64,000 bases of DNA from Octopus sinensis (Eukaryota), in assembly GCF_006345805.1 (NCBI RefSeq), contig NC_042999.1, positions 104,470,001 through 104,534,000 of the forward strand, in the 5' to 3' direction. Under the pieces are notes generated by a model. It worked only from the letters and a program-made list of their open reading frames with translations, ran no database searches and was not told the DNA's origin. A program made the translations under genes and the position numbers. This document shows, piece after piece, positions 38,388-50,292 of the stretch; position 1 is the stretch's first letter; each line of letters starts with the position of its first letter.

Positions 38388-38569
38388 GATAGATCGCTAG
38401 TCACTACACATTCTTTATTTTCTCTCTTTGTTTCTTTCTGTGTTCCTTTCCGTGGAAAAGCGTAGGCTCGAAACATTAAAGACTTTTTCAATTCCCGAGC
38501 GTTAAACTAATACATCTGTTTGTTGTCAACACCACCTGTCCTCGTCTTTTGTTTTTTGTGAATTGTCCC

Positions 38570-38572
<3 letters not shown>
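38388..38572 (+). mobile_element. Penelope-associated tail with eroded hammerhead core, ending in (TA)n
   Basis: Paralogous to 55981-56172 and to the reverse complement of 54517-54640 (gcgtaggctcgaaa, taatacatctg, acctgtcttcgtcttttg). Confidence 0.7.
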
Positions 38573-38615
<43 letters not shown>

Positions 38616-38746
38616 AACGTCTATTAAAATTTTTCCTATATCTATAGCTATTTGGGAAATGGTCACCAGTTAATGCCAGGAATTTTTTTTACCTACGTTA
38701 ATCTTAACATTCAAAGCGAAATATAAAATATACATGCATACATTGC

Positions 38747-38759
38747 ATCTATCTATCTA

Positions 38760-38847
<88 letters not shown>
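38747..38847. repeat. (TCTA)n, tail of the adjacent CR1/L2 element
   Basis: Direct reading. Confidence 0.93.
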
Positions 38848-38848
<1 letters not shown>

Positions 38849-39560
38849 GTTTTTATACGTTTCAGCCCAAAAGGCTAGGGCATCACCAGTGTAATCACCT
38901 TTTCGACGGCCAATTTCATGTGACTGGTTTTTGATGAAGGAGGTACTTCAACACTGCTGTTCTCTTTTGAGTCTCCTACCTTGATATTGGTTCAGCTGTA
39001 ACGTTGGATAGCAATAGGTCAAGTTGTTTCTTGAAAACATCCACCCCGACTCGATGATGATTCCTTAGATGTTTTAGCAAGGCGTTAAATAGATATGGGC
39101 TCTTGAATTCCAAGCTATTGCAGTACATGATCCTCACTCTAGATGGGATAGCTGAGACCTTTGGGACAGTGCAGTGATGTCCAGTTCAGGGTCTGATATA
39201 GCTCTCAATTCCTAAGTTTAGTGCCAGCCTCTCCAATATCTTCCACACACATATCACTGCACACTTTCCCCGCCTTCCAGTGAGTAGAATCGTAGGTCTT
39301 TCAGTGTCTCTCAGTAGCCCAGCTGTTCCATTGATGCAATCTTCCTTCTGCACAACTTCTAGGTCCGCTATTAATCTGACACTGTAGAGTCCATAGGACC
39401 AGCATAGTTTCCTGGTCCTTCGTTCTGAAGGTTCTCAGTATCCATTTGGCCATTCGCTTGCACACTGCCACCCTCCTGGTAATATGCATATTAAACGAGG
39501 CATCGTTGCTCATATCAATCCCGAGATCACGCATCATATGTGATTGTGGTATAATTATTA
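38849..39560 (-). mobile_element. 5'-truncated degenerate CR1/L2-type LINE
   Basis: RDLGIDMSNDASFNMHI..WILRTFRT, FYSLE.RG, VWKILE, FKKQLD motifs; short hairpin-gaaac 3' end followed by (ATAG)n. Confidence 0.8.
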
Positions 39561-39741
39561 CATTATAAATACATACAAACATCCATCCATCCATCCACCC
39601 ATCCATCCAAACATACATACATACATAAATACATACATGCATACATACATACATACATACATACATACATACATACATACATACATACATGCATACACAT
39701 ATTTATCTATTTATCTGTCTGTCTATCTGTTTATCTATAAT

Positions 39742-40133
39742 TGAATAAGTTGGAGTCAACAAGAGGAACATTTATTTGTAATCACTACAATTGTTTCTAA
39801 GAAGCGTTGTTTTCTAGGTTCGCAGGTGTTTGGTTACGTAACTGTTTCCTTGCAACACATATTTTGATACACTGAGTGGTTACTACTACCTCGCAAGCCA
39901 CGACAAATAGAAAGGATGCCCTCAAAGCTGAGAATTTGAGTTTGCAGAACACAGAAACAATATTTATATATCACCCGAGGAAACACAACAAGATCTCACA
40001 ATGCAGAAAAACGGTTACATAACCAAATACTTGCGAACGTGCGAACCTGGAGAACTACGCTGCGTGGAAACAGTTGTAGTGATTACAAATAAATGTGCCT
40101 CTGTACTCTCTCTTGTTGACTCCAACTTATTCA
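39742..40133. mobile_element. Fold-back MITE with about 130-bp inverted arms
   Basis: tgaataagttggagtcaacaagag..catttatttgtaatcactacaa..aggttcgca..tttggtta.gtaac mirrored at 39990-40133. Confidence 0.85.
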
Positions 40134-40290
40134 TCTATCCCTTCACACACTACTGAAACCCCAACGCAAATTTAGCAGTATGTATAATACTACTGTTAGA
40201 TAGTGCTGGGTGAAATCTGAAGTGGACAAGCTTTATATTGTACTCTACTACGAATATAGCCTATATATATATATATGTATAATATATATA

Positions 40291-40815
<525 letters not shown>

Positions 40816-41233
40816 ATATACACACACTCCCTCACACACGTATGCCTAAACACACATACACACATTTAATAAGCTTTCAAAACAATTTCGAGAGAAACTA
40901 TTTTCTACAGCTGGATAACATGACAACTGATGAAATAATGACTAAAACAAAACTGACATCTTGAACTGTCATTAACTTCAACCATCCCAGAAAAAGACCC
41001 TTTTTTACAGCTGGGTAGCATGACAACTGACCATAAGGATGCCATGCAATTTCAAATATCGAAGAAAAAGACTTCTTTCTTTCTTTTTCTTTTTCTTTCA
41101 ATCTTTCCTTCTTTTTTCTTTTCTTCGTGCATTTCAAAATAACAAAGGATAGTTTCCTCCCACGTCAACTCCATTTGTTTCGACTAACTCACACACACAC
41201 TCACACACACAGACACACAGACACAGACACACA

Positions 41234-41275
<42 letters not shown>

Positions 41276-41540
41276 ACACACACATGCATGTATATTTACA
41301 AAAAAGTCATAAATTTTCTGTAAAAAAAATTCATTCCTGATGAATCTCTGAAACGAAATGAAAGCGCTCTATAAATAATTACCCCAAATACTGACTTGCC
41401 CCTTTTTCTTAATATATAAAATTTTGTGCACCACTTCAAAAAACAACCTATACACACACACACACATATAATATATATATATATATATATGTCACTTTCC
41501 CTCATCTCTCTCCCACTTCCGCTCACTCTTTGTCTCTCTC

Positions 41541-41606
<66 letters not shown>

Positions 41607-42084
41607 CAGTAATGGGATGAGCATATGACAAGAACTTTTAACTATCTGATGGAAGTAGAATCATTGTTATGGGTGAGAGACAGTTTCCACATAATCCACT
41701 GGATATGAACATCGAAAAAAACTTCCAGTTTCATTTACATGTGTGCTATATGCCTGAACTTGTCTCTACGTGTATGCATACGATAATGTGCACATGTACA
41801 TATATAATACGTTGTACAGATATGTATGTGTGTGTGTGTAGGTGGGTATATCTATCTTGCATATGTAGTATGTGTACATATGTATATGTATGTATATGTG
41901 TGTATACCTGACAGTCACACGCTCACACGCACACGCACGTACACACACAAACATATATGATGTTTTATCTGTGTAACCCATATATCTGAACACTTGATTT
42001 GTGTGCATGCAAATGCCTACGTATACATTGGAGTAAATAGACATGCATCTCCCAAACATTCAATTTATAGATAAATAGACTTTC

Positions 42085-42125
<41 letters not shown>

Positions 42126-42689
42126 ACACGGGCACGGGCACACAAACACATACATACACTCATATATCTATATGTACCCATACACACGCGCACACACTCA
42201 TACACCTATATATATATATATGCCTGTATGTATGTATGCGTGCGTTATTGTGTATATGTATATGTGTGTGTGTGTCTGATATGTATATGTGTGTATCTGT
42301 ATGTGTGTGCGTGCCTATACAGGTATCTGTCTTCTGCTTTATTTCAACAGGAATTTATGTCCTTATCGTGCAGACATAGCGACGCTATGCACTGAATCCA
42401 AGAACACGCTAAAGCTGCGGGTGGAGCAAGCAAATGGGTTTGCTAACAGTATCGAGAAGATGAAGTAGGATAATATCGATTTGTCATTAATCGTATCAGA
42501 AGTATTAATGATGGCAAAATGGGATTCATTCGAAGATTTATTAAAGTCCCGACGGACGAGGTCGGTTTCGGCTTATTGGTTGTGGCTTGTTTCTTTGCTT
42601 ATTTGTTTGCTGTTATTGTTGTTGTTTGGTTGTGTTGGTGTCGGTAAGTGTTCGAAATGCTGCGTAGGTGGTGGGAAGTGAGTTTTGTT

Positions 42690-43390
42690 GTTCTTGGTAG
42701 TGGTTGTGGTGTTGGTGGTGGTTGTGGTGTTGGTGGTGGTTGTGGTGATGGTGGTGGTTATAGTGCTGATGCTGGGGTGATGGTGATGGTAGTGGTTGTG
42801 GTGTGGGTGTTGGTGGTGGTTTTGGTGTTGGTGGTGGTTATGGTGTTGATGCTGGTTGTGGTGTCAATGTCGGTTGTTGTGTTGATGATGATGATGGTGG
42901 TGTTTGTGATTGTTGTGGTGTTGGTGGTGGTTGTTATGTTGGTGGTGGTTGTGGTGGTGGTTGTGGTGTTGGTGGTGGTTGTGGTGTTGGTGGCGGTTAT
43001 GGTGTCAATGTCGGTTGTTGTGTTGGTGGTAGTTGTGATGTTGGTGGTGGCTGTGGTGTTGATGGTGGTTGTGGTTCTTACGGGTGTGATGTTGGTGGTG
43101 GCTGTGGTATTGGTGGTGGATATGGTTGTTGATGGTATTTGTGGTGTTCTGGTGGTTGTGGTGTTGGTGTTTATGTTGGTGGTGTTGGCTCTTGTGTTGA
43201 CGATAGTTGGAATGTTGGTTCTTGTGTTGATAATAGTTGTGTTGTTGGTAGTTGTCGTATTGATGGCGACTCTAATATTGATGGCAGGTGTTGTGTTGGT
43301 AGTAGTTGTGGTGTTGATTGCAGTGTCGGTGTTGATAATGTTGACGTTTATACTGGCAGTGGTGTTTGTGGTTTTCATGTTGGTAGCTAC
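42690..43390. repeat. G/T-rich compound trinucleotide minisatellite
   Basis: 18-nt unit ggtggtggttgtggtgtt; 25-nt block ggtgtcaatgtcggttgttgtgttg at 42860 and 43001. Confidence 0.85.
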
Positions 43391-43484
43391 TATTTAGTCT
43401 CAAGTTAGTCCTAATTGTGCAAACCTCTAATCAAAGACGTCCCAACCTTGATATTCTCTTTTATTTCTATATCTAACACTAGAC

Positions 43485-44253
43485 CAGAGGTTCTCAACTA
43501 TTTTGTTATCTATGGACCCATTTGATTACTATATTATTCTGGTTATGGGGATCCACCCCCCCCATAACCATTCGATGTTTAGAAACTAGTTTTATAGAAA
43601 TGTCTTTCAAAATTCCTATTTTGTTTTTCAAGAAGAAAACCTTGCAATACATACCAATACATACATCTTTAGCAACATTTTTTGGATCTTTTCGGTTTGA
43701 ACGGCAGTTTTTTTCTAGCGGTGTCGTATGAAATTGTCACTCATAATTATGACCCTAGTATCGATCTATATTATTTCAATCTGTTTTAGGGTTAGAGTTA
43801 GTTAGGCTTAGGGTTAGGGTTAGGGTTAGCGGTGGGGGGAAGGGTATCTTTTTTTCTTCACAAATGTAAATAAACCCAATCTGTTTCTTAAACGGGGGAC
43901 ATATTCATACAGCACAGAATGTTTGTTTTTTGCCTCAATAGACGTATTTGATTGGTTGAAATTGCAGAAATTGAAGAAAAAGAAACAACAAATATCTTAC
44001 AAACTATAGAATTTTCTCAATAAAGCCAAGAGAAAAAGGTTTTATAAACACATTCTACCAGTATACGAAGTTTAAAATTTTTTAGTTACCTAGAAATTAT
44101 TTTAAAAACTGCCGTTCAAACCGAAAAAGTCCAAAATTTTTTAAGGGGCCCTTAAATACTATTGTTGATCCCTAATTTACTATTTTGTTGTGGACCCCGC
44201 AAAATCTTATATAGATCTTTAGGGGCCTAATGCACCCCAGTTGAGAACCATTG
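43485..44253. mobile_element. hAT (Charlie-like) MITE
   Basis: TIRs cagaggttctcaac / gttgagaaccattg; 8-bp flanks cactagac and tcatagac (5 of 8 match, central TA). Confidence 0.75.
43683..44133. mobile_element. Nested MITE carrying TTAGGG repeats
   Basis: About 30-bp TIRs tggatcttttcggtttgaacggcagttttt / aaaaactgccgttcaaaccgaaaaagtcca; TTAGGG-like run 43786-43829. Confidence 0.85.
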
Positions 44254-44399
44254 TCATAGACAGTCCAAAGTCTTCTTCAATTTTTAAAAGATATTAGGGT
44301 GTGATTTGAGAGATATTGGGTGGTATTTTTTGCAGATTGAGTAACCACATAGAAGCAAATTCGTTGGTTCGTGTCTGTCGTTGTTGTCAGCACTCATGA

Positions 44400-45225
44400 T
44401 AATGATGCTTATGACTGTGGTGGTAGTAGGTGGTAGTTAGCTTTGTATGAAGGCTGTGTCTGTAGCAGTGGTAGCAATAGTCATGATAGCCTTGGAGGTA
44501 GTCGTAACAATAGAGATATCTGTGAGTATATTTATCATGGTGGAGTTGGCAGTAATAGTAATAATGGTGGTTATAGCAGTTATGGTGGTGTGATACTAGG
44601 TGGTAATGTTGGTAGTGATAGTGTTGGTGGTAGTGTTGGTAGTAGTAGTGATACTGTTGGTTGTGGTAGTGTTGATGGTAGTGGTGGTGGTTAGTGGGAG
44701 CGGTGGTTATGGTTGAAATGGTGTTGGTAGTGGTAATATTTGTAGTTGTCTTTATGATAGTGATGGAAGTAGGGGTGGTGGTGGTAGTGTTGTGGTAGTA
44801 GTAGTGGGGGTGGTAGTGTTGGTGGTGGTAGTGTTGGTGGTGGTAGTGTTGGTGGTGGTAGTGTTGGTGGTGGTAGTATTGTTGGTGATGGTAGTAGTGG
44901 TGGTAGTGTTGTTTTGGTAGTGTCCGTGGTGGTAGGGGTCGTGATGGTAGTTTTGGTAGTGGTAGTGTTGGTGGTGGTAGTGTTAGTGGTGGTAGTATTG
45001 GTGGTGGTAGTGTTGTTTTGGTAGTGTTCGTGGTGGTAATGATCGTGATGGTAGTGTTGGTGGTGGTAGTATTGCTTTGGTAATGGTAGTGGTTGTGATG
45101 GTAGTGCTGGTAGTGGTAGTGTTAGTGGTGGTAGTATTAGTGGTGGTAGCGGTGGTTGTGTTTGTGGTGGTAGGGGTGAGGGTAGTGGTAGTGCTAGTGA
45201 TGGTGACGGAAGCAACATCGACTGT
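44400..45225. repeat. (GGT/AGT/GTT) compound minisatellite
   Basis: 15-nt unit ggtagtgttggtggt; about 104-bp duplication (44900 vs 45004). Confidence 0.85.
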
Positions 45226-45406
45226 GGTGCAGTAGATGATGAGATATGATGTCTGTCGAGCTGTTAGTGATTTCGTATGTTTGTAAGTAGACCCAGATTC
45301 GCTCGATAAGTGCTTAGAGCAACAAAGGGTGATGACACCGTATAATATTTTCCAGTACTGGATTTGCCATGAGATAAAGCATAAATAATTGCTTCTATAT
45401 TAGCGC

Positions 45407-45560
45407 AGGCATGGATGTGGAAGTTTGCTTCCAAAACCACATGGTTCCAGGTTCAGTCCCACTGTGTGGCACCTTGGTCAAGTGTCTTATATTATAGCCA
45501 CGGGCTGAGTAAAAATTTGTGAGTGGATTTAGTAGACAAAAACTAAAAGAAACCCGTTTA
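45407..45560 (+). mobile_element. SINE family C, 5' half
   Basis: ccacatggttccaggttcagtcccactgtgtggcaccttgg, ttgtgagtggatttagtagac. Confidence 0.75.
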
Positions 45561-45913
45561 TATAATACACACACACACACACACATACACAAACACACAC
45601 ACATATATATGTAAATAGGTATACGTGTGTCTGGGAAGAGTCATTTTGTTTTAGTACCTTATTAATTTAACACACTCACCGATTTCCTCTCATTTATTTA
45701 TTTATTTATTTTTACTAAAATTTTTGTTATGACTTGTAAGGTTTTCAACGAAAATTTTAGTAAAAATAAATAAGTAAATGACTGGAAATCGATGAGTGTA
45801 TTAAATTAATAAGGCACTAAAAGAGAATAACTCTCCCCAGACACAATAAAATATGCTTCACCTCAGCTCACGAATACACATAAAGAATCTTGCATATTAC
45901 ATACAAAAACGAT

Positions 45914-45989
<76 letters not shown>

Positions 45990-45993
<4 letters not shown>

Positions 45994-47188
45994 AAGCTGT
46001 TTCATACGAAATATATTTGAATGGTAACAATAAAATGCTTCAGAAGTGTTAGAGAAATGATTTATTTAATCAAAGTACGATCCATATTCATTTATGACGT
46101 CTACCCAACGTTTTGTCTATGCCATATATTCCATCTTTAAAAGAAAATTCATCTTTTGCTGTAATAAACTGTCCGAATGCTTCAATTACCTCTTCTCTAT
46201 TTAAGAATGTTTCATTGTTTATGAAATGCTCAAAATACTTAAATAAGTGATGATCGGTAGGAGAGATATAAGGGGAACAAAGAGGATGTTGCAAAATCTC
46301 ATAATACAGGCTTTGCAACTTTTGGACAGTAGCTTGAGGAGTGTGAGGACGTGCATTGTCGTGGAGCAAACTTGGGCCATCTCTATTCACTAGTCTAGGT
46401 TGCTTCTTTTTCAAATTCTCATGCATACAATCAATTTCCTGGCAACACGATGTTACTGTAACCTTTTTTCCTTGTTCCAAAAATGAATAACTCTCTTCGC
46501 AGACCACATACAGTGACAACCAACTTCTTAGGGTGTAATGGTGGGTTTGGGTAGTGTTTAGGTGACTCTCCTGCATCTAACCACTGTCCTATTTTCCTGC
46601 TGTTGTTAAAAAGTATCCATTTCTCATCACAAGTAATGATTTGATGCAAAAATGGTCTTTTTCCAGTCGAGAAAGCAATAAAAAGTACACTTCGAGGCGT
46701 CTGTTTTTTTTATGAATCTCTTTTACTTCAAGTGGAACAAACCTATTCGTTTTCTTGACTTTTTCAATATTTTACAGGTGTCCAAAAACAGTTGTGCGAG
46801 ATGTTCAACCATAGCATTTAATCCATCATGCCAAATAACTGATTTTGGCCTACTGCTTTGTCTATTTTCAAGGCTATCATCTCCTGAACGAGAGCTTTGG
46901 ATCCATCTCTGAACAGTTCTGATGCCAACAAAACCATTACCAAAGTCCTGCTTGATATTCCGTAGAGCTTCTGCGACGGAGTGACCCAGTTTGTACTCAT
47001 ACGAGAAAATCACTCCACATAGTTTGGTTGTTATCATTTTCTTAAGGTTTGTGTGTACGAACTTTGTATACCAATATTGTTAGGAAAGAAAAATGTCGAG
47101 ATTAAATGTAAGGTATATATAATTGAGTTTTTAAATGACTGAAATAACAAGTAATTAAAAATGATACATTTCATATGAAACAACCTAA
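45990..47188 (-). mobile_element. Near full-length degenerate mariner (DD34D)
   Basis: Frameshifted ORFs with IRTVQRW, IITCDEKW, LLHDNARPH, SPYISPTDHHLF; degenerate TIRs gctgtttcatacgaaatat and atacatttcatatgaaacaacctaata. Confidence 0.9.
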
Positions 47189-47232
47189 TATATATATGTA
47201 TATATATATATGTGTGTGCGTGTGTGTGTATC

Positions 47233-47535
47233 GAAGACCCCCTTCGGTCACGAATGACAACGGGATTGCACCTAGAAAGTTACCATCCGAGGCACAAGTC
47301 CGAATGCATACCAGCCTCCCCTCTCCACATCACCGATGTTATCCAAGGGAAAGGCAAAGACCGATACAGCTTGGCACGGTGATGTCGCGACTCATTTCTA
47401 CAGCTGAGTTAATTGGTGCAACGTGAAATAAAGTGTCTTGCTCAAGAACACAACACGCAGCCCGGTCCGGGATTCAAACTCACAAACTCATGGTCGTAAG
47501 TTCGACGCTCTAACTACTGAGCCATGCACCTTCAC
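47233..47535 (-). mobile_element. SINE with family D head and a different tail
   Basis: Shares gtgaagg..gagtttgaatccc..ttgtgttcttgagcaagacactttatttcacgttg with family D, then diverges to a tail ending gaccgaagggggtcttc. Confidence 0.8.
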
Positions 47536-47560
47536 TCATATATATATCCATACATATATA

Positions 47561-48409
47561 CAGGGAGCGATGGGTAAATTGTCGCCATTTTATATTCTTA
47601 ATTTCGCACATGTGCATTGTTTGTTTATGATTTTGTCGACTACACCGGGTCAGCTAGGCACCGTCTATGACAAAAAACTGTACCATGACGCAATTAACTC
47701 TGCCAGAAATTTGGAAACGAGATGATTGGCATTCGCGCAGGAAGCTCCAATACGAAAATTTCAGAGTGCTTGGGTGTCAATCTGAGGACAGCGCAATCTG
47801 AAGACATGTACCGAGTGTTATAAAAATCAAACATCCAGCCAGCATCATGGTGTTTGGAGTGATCACTAGTGATAGCGACGTTATGCCTCCATTCATCTTC
47901 CCACACGGCTTCAGACTCAACACGGAAGCCTACCCCAAGTACCTGGAGAAGTTAGTGCTGCCCTGAGTCAAGAGGGTGGCTGCTGGAAGACCCTATGTCT
48001 AGCAACAGGACTCTTCTCCATGCCACACAAGCAGGAGAACCCAGCCATGGCTGTCAGACAATTTCTGCGACCACATCACCCCTAACATCTGGCCACCTAG
48101 CTCCCTAGGCTGCAATCCTTGATGTGTGGGGTGCAGTTGAGCGAAAGACCAACAAAACTACACCAAAGATGAACTGAAGGCCAGGATAATGGCAGCATTC
48201 ACCAACTTGTCCAGAAGAGTTGCAGGAGATTCCGAAGTCGTCTACATGCCGTGGTTGAAGCCAATGGCGATTTTGTTGAACATATTTACTCTTTAGTATT
48301 TCAAGATATTTTTATGCAATAATTTTGGTAAATGTATCTGTTAAAATGAGATGTCGATGTTATTTTCACTTTTGCGTAATTCAGACGACAGTTTATTCAC
48401 CGCACCCTG
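47561..48409 (+). mobile_element. Internally deleted maT/DD37D Tc1-mariner element
   Basis: TIRs cagggagcgatgggtaaattgtcg / gacagtttattcaccgcaccctg; KHPASIMVFGVI; QQD to NP(L)D spacing of 37 residues. Confidence 0.85.
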
Positions 48410-48419
48410 AATATCTCTG

Positions 48420-48635
48420 TGTGTGTGTGTTTGTTCTTGTCCCCGCCACCCACTGCTAGACAACTGGTTTTAGTGTGTTTGCGTCCCCGTAACCTAGCGG
48501 TTCGGCAAATGAGGCCGATACATTAAGTGCTAAGTTTTAAAAAAGAATATTAAGTGTTGGGGTAGATTCGTTCGACTAAAATACTTTAAGGTGGTGCACC
48601 AGCATGGGCTGAAGCAAGCAATAGATAAATGATAA
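48420..48635 (+). mobile_element. SINE family C, 3' half
   Basis: gcgtccccgtaacctagcggttcggcaaa and ggtggtgcaccagcatgg. Confidence 0.65.
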
Positions 48636-48847
48636 AAAATTATTGTTCAAGCACAAAACCAGCAGTTATGAGGGTGGGGTGGTTAGTTGATACTGTCGGC
48701 CATAGTGCTTGGTGAGTGTTGTATTTTATGGACTTTGCAGGGAAGAAAGGCAAAACTGACTTTAGCGGGATTTGAACTCAGCATGCAAAGAGCCAAAAGA
48801 AATATCTAGCAATTCTCTCAGTTTTCGCCCTAGAAATGGTAAATAAT

Positions 48848-49051
48848 CTCTTCTACTCTAGGCACAAAGCCCGAAATCTTTGGGGGCAGTCGATTGAATC
48901 GACCCCAGTACGCAACTGGTACTTAATTTATCGACCCCGAAAAGATGAAAGGCAAACTCGACTTCGGCGGAATTTGAACTCAGAACGTAAATACAGACGA
49001 AATATCGTTAAGCATTTCGCCCGGCGTACTAACGATTCTGTTTACTCGTCG
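48848..49051 (-). mobile_element. SINE family A with clear target-site duplication
   Basis: cctagaaatggtaaataat at 48829-48847 and 49052-49070. Confidence 0.9.
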
Positions 49052-49192
49052 CCTAGAAATGGTAAATAATGATAATGAAACAAAGTTTTGTTTAAATGAA
49101 AAATGAAATGTTGAAAATCTGCATTTTCTGTCTTGATCAGTTTACTTTTATTTAGAGTAGCATTCTGTGCATCTTACTTAACATAGATATAT

Positions 49193-49272
49193 TGTAGAAG
49201 GCACAATGCTGTGGTATTCCTCTTGAAAAAGCATCTCTTGAAATGAATACCGCAGTATTGTGACTTTCTACA
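49193..49272 (+). ncRNA. pre-miRNA-like hairpin (candidate)
   Basis: 27-bp stem with one bulge and three G-U pairs on the plus strand, 25-nt loop; no match to a miRNA I recognise. Confidence 0.3.
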
Positions 49273-49813
49273 GTATACCTACGTTTAGTAAGATATACAG
49301 AATACTACTCTGAACTGATACTACTTACGTCGCGAATAACGAATTGTTATTTTGCACAGAATAAAATTAAAAAAAAAAGCAAGCAAAAACAAAAACGTTA
49401 TATTTAATATATTTGTGGGGTCTGGTCTGCAATAAAAAATGTCATCTATTATTGTACAAGCAGCGCTTAAATGTTTTAATGGCTTGTCAGTTAAACTACG
49501 GAAGGATTGATAGGACACAATTGTTGGCATATGCTCAGGGTTTCAGTTGATCTTAATCGTACACTGGTTGTAAAGTTGTGGTAATGATGATGATAGTAAT
49601 CGTGTTAATGGTAGTAGCGATGTTGTTTATGTGGTTATTTAGCCCCTAGTCAGGTCTATCTGAGCAAATCTATAACGGCGACATTCCAGCCTTGATTATC
49701 TCGTGTTTTGGCATATCTAGGTCAATATCTAGATGAACAAAATTTAAAGCAATGGTTTGTCTGAAGCTGTAATGACAATAAGGGCCATGATGGCGATGAC
49801 GACAACAACAACA

Positions 49814-50292
49814 GTGGAGGGCAATGGCCCAGTGGTTAGGGCAGCGGACTCGCGGTCGTAAAATCGCAGTTTCAATTCCCAGACCGGGCATTGTGAGTGT
49901 TTATTGAGCAAAAACACCTAAGCTCCACGAGCCTCCGTCGGCGGCGGGGTGAACCCGCTGTACTCTTTCACTACAACTTTCTCTCATTCTTTCTTCCTAC
50001 TTCTGTCACAAAGCAGAGGAACAATGGTGTAACCCACTATGGTATGGTAAAATTTCAGATCCTAGTCTAGATTGCGAATCCTCTGTACCCCAGGATGGTT
50101 CAGCTCTCCACCCGTTAAAAGCCACCGTTTACAGAATGGGAATAACAGCGTAGCTTTCGCACCCATGCAACCGCCAGTTTATCGCATGTGGTGGGTGGAT
50201 CTTCAAGTTGCCACATGCATTCTTAGTAGCTTAGTGAGGGCTCGAATTAGAGATTATTCTTTGTGGCTAATGGTGTGAGTCCTGATTGGAAG
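49814..50292 (+). mobile_element. tRNA-derived SINE family B, tail type 2
   Basis: Paralogous to 12599-13040; flanked by (AAC) and (AAG/AAC/GAC) repeats. Confidence 0.88.

Noticed and set aside
38855-38892. Hammerhead-like CUGGUGA..GCCC/GGGC..GAAACGUA on the minus strand
   Set aside because: G at position 6, extra bases on both sides of stem II, no stem I; better explained as the LINE 3' stem-loop
41337-41370. CTGATGA...GAAAGCGCTC hammerhead-like motif with palindromic AGCGCT
   Set aside because: Neither stem I nor stem II pairs convincingly
43786-43829. Telomere or chromosome-fusion scar
   Set aside because: Only three perfect TTAGGG units, located inside a TIR-bounded element
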